This document shows, one piece after another, positions 50,841 through 62,325 of a stretch of DNA of 64,000 nt. Below the pieces are notes generated by a model. It was given only the letters and a program-made list of their open reading frames with translations, had not been told where the DNA came from and ran no database searches. The DNA comes from Takakia lepidozioides (taxonomy: Eukaryota; Plantae; Bryophyta), in the NCBI GenBank assembly GCA_030704615.1, contig CM060733.1, forward strand, positions 5,456,001-5,520,000. The letters are read 5' to 3'. How positions within the stretch are numbered: position 1 is the stretch's first letter; every line of letters starts with the position of its first letter. Position numbers and translations under genes: made by a program.

Positions 50841-51230
50841 CCTACGTCCGAAGTATAATTTCCGGAGCTTGCGACGAGGTCTCCTGTCTGGTGCACGAAC
50901 TCCCCCTCTCAGGTTCGAGCATAAGAAGAACAGAGAGAGGGAAAAGGGCAAAGAGTGCAGATGGAAAGGGCGCGAGAGGGGTGACTGAGGAGACACGACA
51001 AAAGTAGATGAAACGGCGGTGATGCACCACTTGGGTTCGAAAGGGTTGGACGAAATGTTCTCCTCGTGGAGTTTGCGTCATTACGAAATTCGAATCGTTC
51101 AGGGTACGCCTGCCGTCCGAAAAACAAACATCATTATCCAACGGTCAGGCCCGCCGCCTCATGCCCCTTCAGTCAGATAGAGTGCCGACATGTGCAGCAA
51201 TTCCGTTGCTCCACGTGTTCACATTTCAAG

Positions 51231-52623
51231 GCATTTCCGTCCCAGCGTCTGATGAGTTGGAGTGAAAATGCGAATGCGGCGCCGCAATTCCGTTAAGTAC
51301 CATCACGAAGCTACACATCCGTACTTGTTGGAAGAAAATGCGGCACCGCATTTCCGTTCCACCTTCACATACCTTAGTTGTTGAACGGAAATACGGTGCC
51401 GCATTTCCGTCCCACAGCTCCATGTATGAGATACAAAAGGGAAATGCGGCGCCGCATTTCCGTTCTGGAATGTCGAAAGGTGCGATTCGGACGGAATGAG
51501 GCACAACATTTCAGTTCCCGTGGTTCATGATTTTCAATGTGAACGGAAATGCGGTACCGCATTTCCGTTCCCCTTCACATACGTTAGTTGATGAACGGAA
51601 ATGTCGTGCCACATTTCCGTCGGGAAAGTATAGAGGTCTCACTGGGACAGAAATGCGGTGCCGCATTTCCGGTCTGGAAAGTTTGAAGGTCTCACATGGA
51701 TGGAAATGCGGCACCACATTTCCGTACCACAGCTCCAGGCCCATATACAAAACGGAAATGCGGCGCCGCATTTCCGTTCTAGAATGTCGGAAGGTGCGAC
51801 TCGGACGGAAATGCGGTGCCGCATTTCTGTTCCCGTTGCGCACGATTTTCAGTCAGAACGGAAATGCGGTACCGCATTTCCGTTCTGTAGAGTATTAACG
51901 TCTGACGCTGGCGGAAATGCTGTGCCGCATTTTCGTTCCACAGCTCCATGCCTCACATACAAAACGGAAATGCGGCGCCGCATTTCCGTTTTGGAATGTC
52001 GGAAGGTGCGACTCCGACGGAAATGCGGTACCGCGTTTCAGTTCCGATGTTTCAGGATATTTCATCAGAACGGAAATGCGGTGCCGCATTTCCGTCTGGA
52101 ATGTTTGGAGTGCGACTCGATGGAAATGCGCTGCCGCATTTCAGTTCCGATGGTTCACGATTTTCAGTCAGAACGGAAATGCGGTACCGCATTTCCGTTC
52201 TGGATAGTATGAATGTCTCAAGGGTCGGAATTGCGCTGTCTCAAGCGGTCGGAATCGCACTCGGCTCCATGCATCAGATACAAAATGGAAATGCGGCGCC
52301 GCATTTCCGTTCTGGAATGTCGGAAAGTGCGACTCCGACAGAAATCGGTGCCGCATTTCTGTTCCCGTTGTTCATAATTCTCAATCAGAACGGAAATGCG
52401 GTACCGCATTTCCGTTCCACCTTCACATACCGTGCTTGTTGATGGAAATGCGGTACCGCATTTCCGTTATGGAGAGTATGAATGTCTTTTAAGGACGGAA
52501 ATGTGCTGCAGCATTTCTATCCTCAGCTCCATGCATCAGATACAAAATGGAAATGCGGCGCCGCATTTCCGTTCTGGAATGTCGAAAAGTGCGACTCGGA
52601 CGGAAATGCGGTGCCGCATTTCT
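51231..52623. repeat. Right array: ~26 copies of the 26-bp palindrome ACGGAAATGCGGYRCCGCATTTCCGT, 52-53 bp period, running into the gap
   Basis: Starts at approximately 51385, 51438, 51491, 51543, 51595, 51647, 51700, 51752, 51805, 51858, 51911, 51964, 52017, 52070 ... 52390, 52442, 52495, 52547, 52600; about five recurring spacer types. Confidence 0.97.
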
Positions 52624-53123
52624 NNNNNNNNNNNNNNNNNNNNNNNNNNNNNNNNNNNNNNNNNNNNNNNNNNNNNNNNNNNNNNNNNNNNNNNNNNNNN
52701 NNNNNNNNNNNNNNNNNNNNNNNNNNNNNNNNNNNNNNNNNNNNNNNNNNNNNNNNNNNNNNNNNNNNNNNNNNNNNNNNNNNNNNNNNNNNNNNNNNNN
52801 NNNNNNNNNNNNNNNNNNNNNNNNNNNNNNNNNNNNNNNNNNNNNNNNNNNNNNNNNNNNNNNNNNNNNNNNNNNNNNNNNNNNNNNNNNNNNNNNNNNN
52901 NNNNNNNNNNNNNNNNNNNNNNNNNNNNNNNNNNNNNNNNNNNNNNNNNNNNNNNNNNNNNNNNNNNNNNNNNNNNNNNNNNNNNNNNNNNNNNNNNNNN
53001 NNNNNNNNNNNNNNNNNNNNNNNNNNNNNNNNNNNNNNNNNNNNNNNNNNNNNNNNNNNNNNNNNNNNNNNNNNNNNNNNNNNNNNNNNNNNNNNNNNNN
53101 NNNNNNNNNNNNNNNNNNNNNNN
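52624..53123. other. Assembly gap (500 N)
   Basis: Run of N. Confidence 1.
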
Positions 53124-53299
53124 CGTTCTTGTCCTCTTTCTTTTTGACACCTTCTTGCACTTCCTTCTCAGCTGTGTGTCGCGCCCTGACCTCCACGTGT
53201 CTATTTTTAAAGTAATTTCCGTTTCCTCTTCCGTCAGCCATTTTCCTGAAGTTATTATGCGTCCACTTGTCACTGATTCTATGGATCGTGTAACTTTAG

Positions 53300-53592
53300 T
53301 AGGCTGTGTTGAGCTGTGACAGGCTGTGTCATACTGTGTTACGCTGTGATAGGCTGTGATGCACTGTGGTAAGCTGTGATAGGCTGTGACACGCTGTGGT
53401 AGCTTGTGATAGGCTGTGTTGCGCCGTGCTGGGCTGTGATAGGCTGTGTCACGTCGTGATGGGCTGTGATAGGCTGTGTTGCGCCGTGCTGGGCTGTGAT
53501 AGGCTGTGTCACGTTGTGATAGGCTGTGTCACGTCGTGATGGGCTGTGATAGGCTGTGCTTTGCCTTGATGGGCTGTGATAGGATGTGTCAC
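53300..53592. repeat. Tandem 10/30-bp repeats (aggctgtgat / ggctgtgtc)
   Basis: Direct reading; the same GGCTGTG core occurs in the LTR repeats. Confidence 0.9.
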
Positions 53593-54814
53593 GTTTGTTT
53601 TGCCCACCCTGGTCATATATGCTGGGCCTAGCGACAAGTGCTCCATACTCCGTTCGTAACACTGGTGCAGCCCGTGACTGCTCTTGCGGTTCAACATGCA
53701 AATCATGTTGCAAGGGTTTGTCATGGATACCACTGTACCCCTTCAACTTATTTGCATTGACTCTTCCCAGCATTTCTTTGTTAATGGTTTGTAACATGGC
53801 GGTGTTGTTATCATACATTTTTTGTATGACATAAGGTCCTTTCCATGGTGATTTAAGCTTAGAAGCTTGAATCTTTCCTTTCTTCTGCAACCATAGAACC
53901 AAATCCCCCATCTTAAAAGTCTTTAACTTGCCTTCATCAAACTGTTCCTTTCGCTTCATCTGAATTCTGGTCATATTATCAGCTGCATCAGCACGTACTT
54001 CTTCCACATGGTATAATTCATGTTTCCTGACCTTGATGGAGTCTTGCAATTCCATTCTCTTTCCCCACTCCGTTCTCATGGTAGGTAACAGGAATTCCAC
54101 TGGAAGTAAGGCTTCCATACCATAAACTAATTGGAATGGTGTATACTTAGTGGTGACTTTATATGAAGTCCTGTATGACCACAAAGCTGTCAGCAGCTTC
54201 GTATCCCAATCTGTTCTGTTTGCATTGACTATCTTAGCCAAGATAGTACATAGTATTTTGTTGGTAGCCTCTGCCTGCCCATTACCCTGTGGGTAATATG
54301 TTGTACTCTTTCTATGCACAATCATAAACTCTTTAGTCAACAACTCAATGGTCTCATTCATGAAGTGACTTCCTTGATCACTGATAAATTCTAAGGGACA
54401 GCCAAATCGTGTAAGTATGTTCTCGTACAGGAACCTTGCTGTGGACTTGGCTGTGTTGTCCCTCAAAGCTTTAGCTTCCACCCACTTTGTAGTATAATCA
54501 GTGGCTGTAATTATGTACCTGTTTCGTGTATTCTTGGATGGTGGGTTAATTGGTCCAACAAAGTCTAGTCCCCATTTCTGAAATGGTTCCGTAGGCATTG
54601 TAGGATGCAAGGCCATCCTTCCAGATCTCTGCAAAGGTCCTAGCCTCTGACATTCATCACACTTCTGACAATACTCGTGTACATCTTTGAACAAAGTAGG
54701 CCACCAGTATCCTGCGAGTAGTATCTTTCTACTGGTAGTCTCTTCTCCAAAATGACCTCCAGCCACTCCTTTATGAACTTCCGCCAAAACTTTATTCACT
54801 TCATGGTGGTACAA
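53339..54814 (-). CDS. Integrase with repetitive C-terminal extension
   Basis: H..GHFG...CDEC zinc finger, WGLDFVGP, SDQGSHF, GNGQAE, WKGPY; tail of TQPITAHH repeats. Confidence 0.92.
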   Translation of the reverse strand: MYHHEVNKVLAEVHKGVAGGHFGEETTSRKILLAGYWWPTLFKDVHEYCQKCDECQRLGPLQRSGRMALHPTMPTEPFQKWGLDFVGPINPPSKNTRNRYIITATDYTTKWVEAKALRDNTAKSTARFLYENILTRFGCPLEFISDQGSHFMNETIELLTKEFMIVHRKSTTYYPQGNGQAEATNKILCTILAKIVNANRTDWDTKLLTALWSYRTSYKVTTKYTPFQLVYGMEALLPVEFLLPTMRTEWGKRMELQDSIKVRKHELYHVEEVRADAADNMTRIQMKRKEQFDEGKLKTFKMGDLVLWLQKKGKIQASKLKSPWKGPYVIQKMYDNNTAMLQTINKEMLGRVNANKLKGYSGIHDKPLQHDLHVEPQEQSRAAPVLRTEYGALVARPSIYDQGGQNKRDTSYHSPSRQSTAYHSPSRRDTAYHNVTQPITAQHGATQPITAHHDVTQPITAQHGATQPITSYHSVSQPITAYHSASQPITA

Positions 54815-57800
54815 GCATCATTTTAGTACTCCATCAGGTCCTAACTTATACATTCTGCTTCCTACCATAGTATAAGGTAAAGCTTTGATAGCGATTCTCT
54901 TCCTCTGCTCCTTACCATAGCTAGGTGGGCACTGACCATGAAAGGTAGTATCTGATTGGCCACTTGCCAATCTAACCAGTCATCTGCACTTCCCTGCACC
55001 TCCACTGCAAAGAGACTCGCATCTGGTAATTGATCATCTATTCCTGTGGCTGGTTCTCCTGTTGACAATCGTGACAAATGATCCGCCACAAGATGCAAGT
55101 CTTCTAGGCTTGTAAACAACCTCGAACTCAAACTCGTGCAAGATTATCAACCATCTTGCTATTCTTCCGCTTATCAGAGGTTTGTTTACCAGGTATATCA
55201 GAGCCTGGTGATCCACATAGAACATAAACTTCTTGCCCAACAGGTAATGCTTGAATTTCTTCACTGCATAGATCATTGCCAATTGCTTCTCTTTCCGTTG
55301 TGCTATAGTTCCTCTCAGCACTGTTCATCAACCGGCTAGCATAGTACACAGGTGAATCTATATTCCCTGTAACATTCTGGGCTAACAACGCTCCAACGCT
55401 TTCTCCTGATGCATGCAGTGAACATGGAATACTACATGCCAGTGAGGGTTAATCAGCACAGGTGTAGTTGTTACTGACAGTGTAAGTTCCTCAAATGCCT
55501 GTTGACATTCCGCTGTCCAGGCAAACACTGCATCTTTCTTCAGTAGTTTGCTCATGGTGCTTGCTATTTGTGCATACCTTTTGACAAATCTCCTATAATA
55601 ACTGGTTTTGCCCAAGGAATCTTCGTAGACTTTTAACATTCACTGGTGGTGGAGAGGCTTTAATGGACTCTGTCTTTCTGGGATCCACAAGGAGTCCCTT
55701 CTTACACACAATGTGTCCCTGAAGCACCCCTAAGTTCACACAGAAAGTACACTTCTCTGGATTCAGGCCCAGACCTATCCCATGCATCTGGCCAAACATA
55801 ACTCCAATTTATGCAAGTGCTCACTCTTAGAGCTGTACACACTGAAATCATCCAAAAATACATGCATGAAATCATCCAGATACTCATGAAAAGATTCACT
55901 TATCACTCTTTGAAAGGTCGCTGGTGCATTACAAAGTCCAAAGGGCATGACTTTGTATGCATAAGCCCCCCAGTCTGTGATGAAAGCTGTTTTCCCTTGG
56001 TCTTCTTCTGCCACTTGCACTTGATTATAACCACTGAAGCCATCCATGAATGAGTACATCTCATGGCCGCCACAGTGTCTAATACTGCTTCTGTGAATGG
56101 CAAAGGGAAATGATCTTTCTTCGTACAAGCATTCAGCTTCTTATAGTTCACACCAACTCTTAGTTTGCCATTCTTCTTGGGAACTATTACAATGGGTGAC
56201 AACCAAGTTGTATACTCTATGGGATATATAAACTTAGCCTCAGCCAACTTCTTTATCTCTTCTCCAACCTCTGTGCGTAGTTGGGATTCATTCTATACCT
56301 CGCCTGCTTGATGGTACTGACCCTGGTTCCAGTTCAATCTTATGCTGACAGACTCAGGTGGTATCCCTTTTAGATCCTCATAGCTCCAAGCAAATACATC
56401 TCTGTATTTTGATGAACAAGCTTTTAGCTTCTTCGAAGAATTCCGGCTCCAAATCAGCTCCTACTTCACCATCCTCGGTTCCTCTTTAGTTCCCACATTT
56501 ACTTCTCTCACCTGCTCATCAGCTGTGATGGTCCAACCAGTCACCACTTCATCCTGTAAGCTCACAGTGGCTGGTTCTTCTAGGATTTCTATTTTCCTTC
56601 TCTTTCTTCATAGAAATGTGATGGGTAAATGCTGGTTTCCTCTTCAATTGGTGTTGCTGTCACTACACCACAGCAGATACCTCTCAAAAAACTTAGGCTT
56701 TCCAGCCGCATCTCTGCAACCTGCTCCCACTCGGGTGTGCAGCAAATAGGGTAGCTTCCTGCTCCTCATCCAGTCCTCCTTTCCAGTCATACTCTCTGAC
56801 TCCTCGAGGTCTTCTTGTAGCAGGTAATCTACTAGATTTCTTTGTGGTAATTGTATCTCGTGTATCCATTATGCACGGTTAGTAACTGAGAATTCCAGTC
56901 ATGGAATACCCTGGCCTGTTTCAGCCACGGTCGTCCCCAATAATAAGGAGTAAGCCTCCATGACTTCATCCATTTCTAATACAGTTACTGTGATCATAAA
57001 GATCATTTTCTGTATCTGTATCTTGGGAATGGGGGCTTTTTCATGTTACTTTAGACCAAAGCTTCTTCCTAAGTTGTCTGTCATGATATTTACTTACTCC
57101 ATAACCACCACCATCTATCATACATCCTTAGGTCTGTGCTTCCAATTCTCAATTGGATTAAACTGGCATGAATCATCAAAGTCCATGACTGTTTCTCTTC
57201 TCCGCCCTTCCGCGTCACATTTATAACTGGGCACCTTGCTTTCCGGTCTTGTTTCCTGTCTCTTGGGCAATTCGATTGATTGCTTGATACAGCCTGTGCC
57301 TACAATAAGGTGCCACAGCTAATAGCTGTCCGCAATGGTAATTTCGCTTTGGTCTGACATATTACTTCAGCCAAAGTCTCTTCATTAGCGTTGGCATGTC
57401 TGCATCTTCTTTTTTTCCTTTCTTCCTCACTCCCTTCTTTTTCTCCATTCCGATCAGAGGAATCTGCCAACAGGAATATCAGTACTCTTTTTCATTTCCC
57501 TTATAGTATCTGCCACTTCCTTGTGCAGTTCCTTCTCATCTTCCAGTCTCTTCATCTTCAGGCATATCATTGCCACTCCCCTTTCTCATCTTCCTTCCTC
57601 GTCTACTGGAGTATTAGTTTGGCTTTACTTTCTTGTTACTACCTTGTACGTACTACTTCTGGTACAACACATGGATATGGCCTAACCATGTGAGCTGCCC
57701 CCACTGGGCCCTCATTCACAGGACTCTATCATCTCATTCTGGTGTCTTATTCAGAATGAACAGGCTGCCTGCGATGTCCTGGCTGATTACAATAGTAACA

Positions 57801-60453
57801 TAGCTCTTCACCATTGGTCCTCGCCCTTGGTCTGTTCTTGGATTATTCTATAATCCTTATCCCGGGCTGGTATTCCCCCCCCTTGGATTACCCTGTAGTT
57901 GCCTCTGGAATTTCCTTGGTAATTCCCTCCCTCTTGAATTACCTCTCCCTTCCATGCCCATTGTTATAACCACCAGACCTACCATATGGTCCGGTATGAT
58001 CATTGTTTTCTTCTTCTTGGTTGGGCTGCACCTGATGCACCCTTACTTGCCTAGGTTCTCTTCAGCTGTCCTTCTGTTTGTAGTAACAATTCTCAATAGA
58101 ATGGTTATCCATTTTACAGATAGTACAAGTGTTTCTCCTTCATGTGGCATTCTGTGGTGGTATGGCCTTCATTCTAAAGCACTTTGCAAACACCATACAC
58201 CCCTTCCTCCAATGTGTTCAAAACAGCCTCTGGGCATACTTCTTCAAGATTTCTTCCAAATTTTTTTCATAGTTATCCCTCTTCAACTTCTCCTTTCTCT
58301 TACTCTTTTCTTTTTAGTTCTTGCTCTTCTTCTCATCTGACTCATCCTCAGAGTCCTCCTCTTCTTTTTCTCTTTTCCTCTCCTCCTCGCATTCCCAATT
58401 GCTCAATTTCTGTTCCGCATTTTCAAATGCCTCCTCCACTGTATATGGGGTCATATCCACTTTCTTTTGCAACTCTGGTCTTAGTCCACTCACAAACCAA
58501 GTCTTCTGTAACCCGGGCGCTGGTACTTACTGCAGCAGCTTTTTCATCATCATTCCATCTTCTCCATATACTCTTCAACAGTTTCATGCTTCTTCGCTTC
58601 AGCTGTTGTAAACTTCCATACATTTCATCCTCATTTTTACTTGTCCTGAACCTATTTCGAAATGCTGTATTCAAGCCATTCCAGGTTAGAAATGATTATC
58701 AGGGAATCTTGCATACCATTCACTTGCTTTCTTGATAAGTGAACAAGGAAACAGTCTCATATTGGCATCATCGCCATTCTCATTGTTCACTATACACATG
58801 TGCTCAAATTGGCTAATGTGTACATCGGGATCCCCTTTTCTGAATATATTGGAAAGGGTGTTTTTGCCCGTGTTGGTTGCAACGCCATCTGTGGCCCTAC
58901 CTTCTGCCCACTGACAGATGCTAGCACCCTTGCTGGTGCTGGTCCTTCTGGACCTGTTGTTTTTGTGGTGGATTTTCCACCAAGTGGTGGCCCTGAGCAC
59001 TCTTGCTTTCTGCCCCACGATATTCACAGTTTTCCCAGCTTCAGTTGCACTACTTCCCACACTCCCTGTCCCCCCAGAGCCAGATCCAGGCAGCCCCGCC
59101 TGATCCCCCTGAGCCGACACCTTCGTTGGCCTGTGATCAAGTGCTCCACTTGATCCAGGTCCAACGGGTTGGGATGTCCTGGTTGTAGTCTCAACCTCAG
59201 TGTTGGGTCTACTTCTTCATATTCTTCCTCTTCTAATTTCTTCTCTCTCTGTTTTCATCCTCCAAGTTCTGCCCTTGGGTTTCTTCTTCACTCATGTAAC
59301 TCAACTGTAATGGTGTTGGAGATTCTGAACTCTCCGTTAGCTCTGCCACATCCTCTTCTCTTTCTTCACCTCTGCTTCAGAAACTGGAGTTCCTGCTTTT
59401 GGTGTTCCATGCCAACTCTTATCAAAGATTTCTGTCAAGTCTTTTATCCAAGGATGTACCCTCAGATCTTTCACCTCGTGATTGATCTTCTTCCTGTACC
59501 AATTCCCCTTAATCTTTCTTGCAAAGAAACACAAGGAGTGGCATCCAACTCTAGTTTCTTCCGGATAGGTGATGCACTCTTTGATCTTAATGGTGTGAGA
59601 GGTCCAGATGATTCCCCTATGTCTATTCATCTCTCCCAAAGATATGGATAATTAGCTTTCAGATAGCTTTCTCTTTTTGCTGAATATCTCTGTCGTCTAG
59701 CTTCTCTTTCATCACTCATGTCCCATGTCTTTCATTTCTTTTAATGTGGCAATAACCAAAACTCTCTTCTGTAATATCTCTCGTATATGCCTGGGTTTCT
59801 TTCAAGCTTCAATGCACCCTTGGTTATACTTGAAGTCTCCGTTACCATATAACCATATGGCAAACAAGTCTGAAAAGCTGTTCTTGGTGTGAGTTTGATC
59901 CACAAAAATATCCTTTGGAATCCAATTCTTTACCAGTACAAGCTCTTCATGCATATGAGTATAAACATTCACCTTTCTTTTCTTCCCAGCCTTCAAACTC
60001 TACTCGTTTAATGGATAGCAATGCTATCACATAAACCAATGTTTGGTAACCAACGTGCTCTTCCTCTACAGGCTACCTGATAAATCTTTATCACTCCTTT
60101 CTCCAAACCCCATTCTGGATCAGCATCATGCACTCGCTTAAGAATATTTTCTTTACAACCGTCTGGCAATTCCAAGAACCTTTGAAAGAATTGTTTGGAC
60201 AATCTTTCTTCCTTCGTTCCACAGGGAATTTGATTCACTTCAAATTCTTTAATGGTCCAACCTCCATGATCCCACCAGATGCCTGTCACATCTGGTTGTT
60301 CATGTCTCAGTTTCCCCAGTATGGTCGCCAAATGTCGCGCGGCTTTTACTCACCCATCCCTTCGCTATTCGAGGCGGAAACTCCAAGATTGAAGAGTTGG
60401 AAATCTCTAAGTACTCAGCCCGCGCAGAACAATCAGTCATGACCTACAGCTAG

Positions 60454-61255
60454 TGTATCATGGGGGTGTTTCCTATTTGTTTCCCTTTTGGTATTCAAAT
60501 TAACTATCTTACCATTGATAATTAAGTATCAGTTTGCTTTATCAATCTATTGAATTCCATCAACTCATCCATTCATTCCACAGCTTCACTCAGATCTCTC
60601 TACACAGTGTGATTGTATCGTAAAAGTATCCGATTATGATTTATCAGGTATCAGGCCGAAGCCATTGTGTCTCTAATCTACTCTACAATATCATTACAGC
60701 CTTGCATATATCAAGCATCTACTCATCATCTCTCTATCTTCACTTCCGTTCTTCATCTCTACCCGATCCCCTCTCCTCCATGACCAAGAAGTCCTCCTCC
60801 CAATGATATCCCTCCATTCCCCGTTTCTCCCTTTATCTTCCTATCCGCGGTTCTAACCGTTTCCCTCACTAACCGTCGTCTGTGAACTAACATGTTCCCT
60901 TCGCAGGTGTTGTTCCCCACAGTCGTTCCCTGTCCTACTCTTCGTTCCCTATGATCGTGACAGCTGTGTCAAGCTGTGACTGGCTGTGTGAAACTGTGAC
61001 GGGCTGTGACTGGCTGTGCGACTGTGTTTGGCTGTGTCGGGTTGTGACTGGCTGTGTGGCTGTGTCGGGCTGTGTCGGCTGTGTCGGCTGTGTCTGCTAT
61101 GACGACTGTGACGGGCTGTGTTGGCTGTGTCGGCTGTGACGACTGTGACGGGCTGTGTCGGATGTGTCGACTGTGACAACTGTGACGGGCTGTGTTGGCT
61201 GTGTCGGCTGTGACGACTGTGACGACTGTGACGGGCTGTGTAACCCCATTCTACA
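60454..61255 (-). repeat. 5' LTR of the non-chromovirus element, containing (ggctgtg[a/t]c)n at 60955-61240
   Basis: Terminal inverted repeats TGTAGAATGGGG ... CCCCATGATACA (10/12 match) on the minus strand; flanks differ, so not a solo LTR. Confidence 0.75.
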
Positions 61256-61729
61256 GTGCGCTGCTGTCACCCCTAAGGCTCCTGTTGGTCTCAGTCTGTG
61301 CAAAAATTAAGGGTACCCTACAGATCCCGTATAAGTGTCTAAGTCCTCGACAGTCCTCTAACAACTACCACCATGTCCACTTTGGCCTCCACTGTAGTTG
61401 GTGGTGAATGCGCTATAGTTGGTGGTGGCCTGAGATGGAGGTCCTGGTCTTCGTTTGTTGGCATCAATGAAGCCATCATCTGCTATCACACCTACACCAT
61501 TACAACTGGTTTGAGAAGGCTGAATTATCACTTGGTGCCTACTGTCTACCAATACAACATTAACTGTAATTTGAGTCCAGACAAGTCATTGTAGTCCTTA
61601 CCATTGGCCGAAGTCCCAACAGTTGGACTACAATAATTATGTGGGGAGTGCACAGTCCATCATAATGGACTTTTTGTCCCCCATATTAGACTTCCAAGTT
61701 CTATGCAGCTGATGGTGGGACTACAAGCA

Positions 61730-62200
61730 AGATTCACACTCCCTAATTAGGACTCACACTCCATCTGGGCCATGACTCAGATTCCAAGTTGAGAAGCAAG
61801 CTCCTCAAAAAGGACTTGCATTCCACATCCATTATTTTGCAATTGGACTCACACTCCACATGATTAAGCACATGGACTGACCCTCCACAGGACTCTGATT
61901 CCAAACTGGAAATCAGTGGAAATCATTAAGGACTCATATTCCCAGTAATTAGTCAGCAAGTGGACTCACACTCCCCATGACTAAACACATCGACTCATAC
62001 TCCACATGAGTCAGCACTTGGACTCACACTCCACATGATTGAAGACTCAGAATTCTAGTTAAGAATGACACTCCTCAATAAGGACTCCCCAGTAAGGATT
62101 CACTCCACTAAAAGGACAAATAATAACATTTGCAGTCCCACATTCAGACTCATAGTCAGTTGAAGGGGTTGAAGGTCCAATCTTGGGACTACAGTCCTGA
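61730..62200. repeat. Interspersed array of GGACTCACACTCC(ACATG) motifs
   Basis: More than 10 variant copies (e.g. 61750, 61844, 61962, 62020), spaced ~20-30 bp. Confidence 0.8.
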
Positions 62201-62325
62201 GGATTGGACATGAAGAGGTACAGCCTTGGACCACACAAGTTTTCTGAAGAAGAAAACATGGAAATGTTGCAATCAATCTTACCTGGAACTTGGGTGTTTC
62301 TAACCCTGGCTTCGTGAAGTTGCTT

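Larger units (their letters stand above)
53124..61255 (-). mobile_element. Non-chromovirus Ty3/gypsy LTR retrotransposon; 3' LTR not in view
   Basis: LTR 60454-61255; gag fragments 57700-59120; protease region ~56900-57150; RT (PFGLCNAPATFQR, FLDD) 55600-56300; RNase H (ERNYSTTERE, VDHQAL); integrase 53339-54814. Confidence 0.88.

Noticed and set aside
51231-52623. True CRISPR array
   Set aside because: Spacers recur in a higher-order cycle rather than being unique, there are no cas genes, the context is eukaryotic, and the repeat is a loopless perfect palindrome.
52396-53319. ORFs spanning the N run
   Set aside because: Artefacts of the gap.
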